The notes beneath the pieces are model-generated. The model saw only the letters and a list, made by a program, of their open reading frames with translations, had not been told where the DNA came from and searched no databases. A stretch of DNA of 52,230 nucleotides, the filler included, from Sphacelaria rigidula (lineage: Eukaryota), in the NCBI GenBank assembly GCA_964200075.2. It is 4 parts of 4 records of this genome, joined end to end, with 100 filler letters (N's around TTAATTAATTAA, not from the genome) between each part and the next. Parts side by side here need not be neighbours in the genome. Positions count along the whole stretch, not along the records: positions 39,250 to 52,230 come from CAXNAA020003251.1; 3 more parts are not named here. One strand, written 5' to 3'. This document shows, piece after piece, positions 51,046 through 52,230 of the stretch. Numbering within the stretch: position 1 is the stretch's first letter; each line of letters begins with the position of its first letter. The position numbers and the translations under genes are program-made.

Positions 51046-51761
51046 CTACTCCGACAACTTTTGGCCTTTGCGTAAGCTGGGACCAGCTGCTGCACCGTGG
51101 GGAGTGCATCGCGTCCGGTATTTACCGGGTATACCTCTGGTATTTACCGGGGTATCCCATACTGTTGTTATGCGTGGGTATTGTAGGTATGACTCTTGAA
51201 AATACCTGATTGAGCGGGTACGGTATTGAAATCTCGAAATACCGTGGTATCGTAGGTATCGTGGGTATTACATTTAAAAATACCCGATTGGACCGGTATC
51301 AGTAGGGTACGAGATGTCCCAAATACCAGTACCGGTTACCTACCTTGCCTACGGTACCTGTGAAATACTTGAGATTTTGAAAAATTCACCATTTCATGTT
51401 CGTGTTTTTCCTCGCCCCACGGTTATCACGTCAAAGGATAAGACGAAACGACAAGAATAACAGTGACAATATGTATCATTCGCCATGCACCTTGCAAGTG
51501 TAGTGTGTCGAACGCTTACTTCCAGAGAGAGACAAGTGCTCACAGCATCGACGTTTCACACAATACCACCAGCACAGCAGCATATCGTGGAAGCAAAACG
51601 GGGTACAGACAGATCAAGCGCAGAGGTAAAACCACTCATGAGTAAATGTGTACACACCTAGAGCACTGTAATAATATCACTCACTCTCTACTGCAGGAAT
51701 CAACTGAAGATGATGAAATATCCATCCTTTTTCCCAGACATGTAGTGGAAACTCTTCACAC

Positions 51762-51980
51762 CTTGATTCTCTGCGGTGCTGCACTCTCTCTGACGCCCAA
51801 AATAAGGGCGGCCTCCCTTCTTGTCATTTTATCGTCAAAGCCCCCCTCGTAGAAATTTTTCCCGAAAGCCCCGAAGAAGGAACTACTCGCAGTGCTCGCC
51901 CCTGCCGCTTGTGCCTCCCCGGCAGTTCTGCCGTCTTTGCCGGGTTGTGTTGCTGTGGACTCTGGCTTAGGTTGTTGAGC
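51762..51980 (-). CDS. PAM18: Internal exon of mitochondrial import J-protein PAM18/TIM14 (DNAJC19-like)
   Basis: FYEGGFDDKMTRREAALILGVRESAAPQRIK is the PAM18 signature; acceptor gatacAG|GCT, donor AAG|GTGTGA; 219 bp, phase 0/0. Confidence 0.9.
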
Positions 51981-52230
51981 CTGTATCATCACCGCGGAAA
52001 CGGCACGAAGAGAAAAGCATTCGCGAGATTGAGCAGCGCAACAGCTGGCATGGGGAATAGTTCGGGCTTACTAAATCGCTGGTATACGAGCTCCAAACTA
52101 CCAACTGCTGATGGGCCATCGGCGACGCGCTTGCCTCCCCCTCCCCCCCCCCTCAGATGGTCCGGCGAGAACCCGGCGTGCTCCGTCCCGGCTTTGTAGG
52201 GGCGGACCCCCGATGGGGTTGGCGTCGCTT

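Larger units (their letters stand above)
49481..51371. mobile_element. Nested TIR element (GGTAT-rich) containing a SINE and a Harbinger-like insertion
   Basis: AAGTATTTCACGGGAACCGTAGGTAAGGTA vs TACCTTGCCTACGGTACCTGTGAAATACTT; internal module duplicated at 49530-49690, 50036-50140 and 51115-51325. Confidence 0.7.

Overview
Eukaryotic, intron-containing, very transposon-rich genomic DNA, most consistent with a brown alga (Phaeophyceae/stramenopile). The inference rests on an EsV-1-7 cysteine-repeat gene, GT-AG multi-exon genes and TTAGGG-type repeats. The window is at least four contigs joined by artificial N+TTAATTAATTAA+N linkers. Host genes: (i) a + strand multi-exon gene for a large low-complexity protein (four phase-consistent exons, 3663-7674); (ii) a - strand EsV-1-7 gene with 13+ tandem 38-aa C-x4-C-x16-C-x2-H repeats, separated from its basic, SUMO-motif-bearing tail by one in-frame stop (26845-29440); (iii) one exon of a PAM18/TIM14 J-protein (51762-51980, -). 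The rest is decayed or non-autonomous mobile DNA: RTE-type LINE fragments, a tRNA-derived SINE family (4 copies), Copia, Tc1/mariner and hAT remnants, a tyrosine-recombinase retroelement end with split direct repeats, and many MITE families (TA, TTAA, 3-bp and 4-bp TSD types). The best candidate for a novel system is the EsV-1-7 array: a fixed zinc-ligand scaffold with hypervariable positions and a repressor-like tail, suggesting a modular nucleic-acid recognition code. This function is inference and untested.
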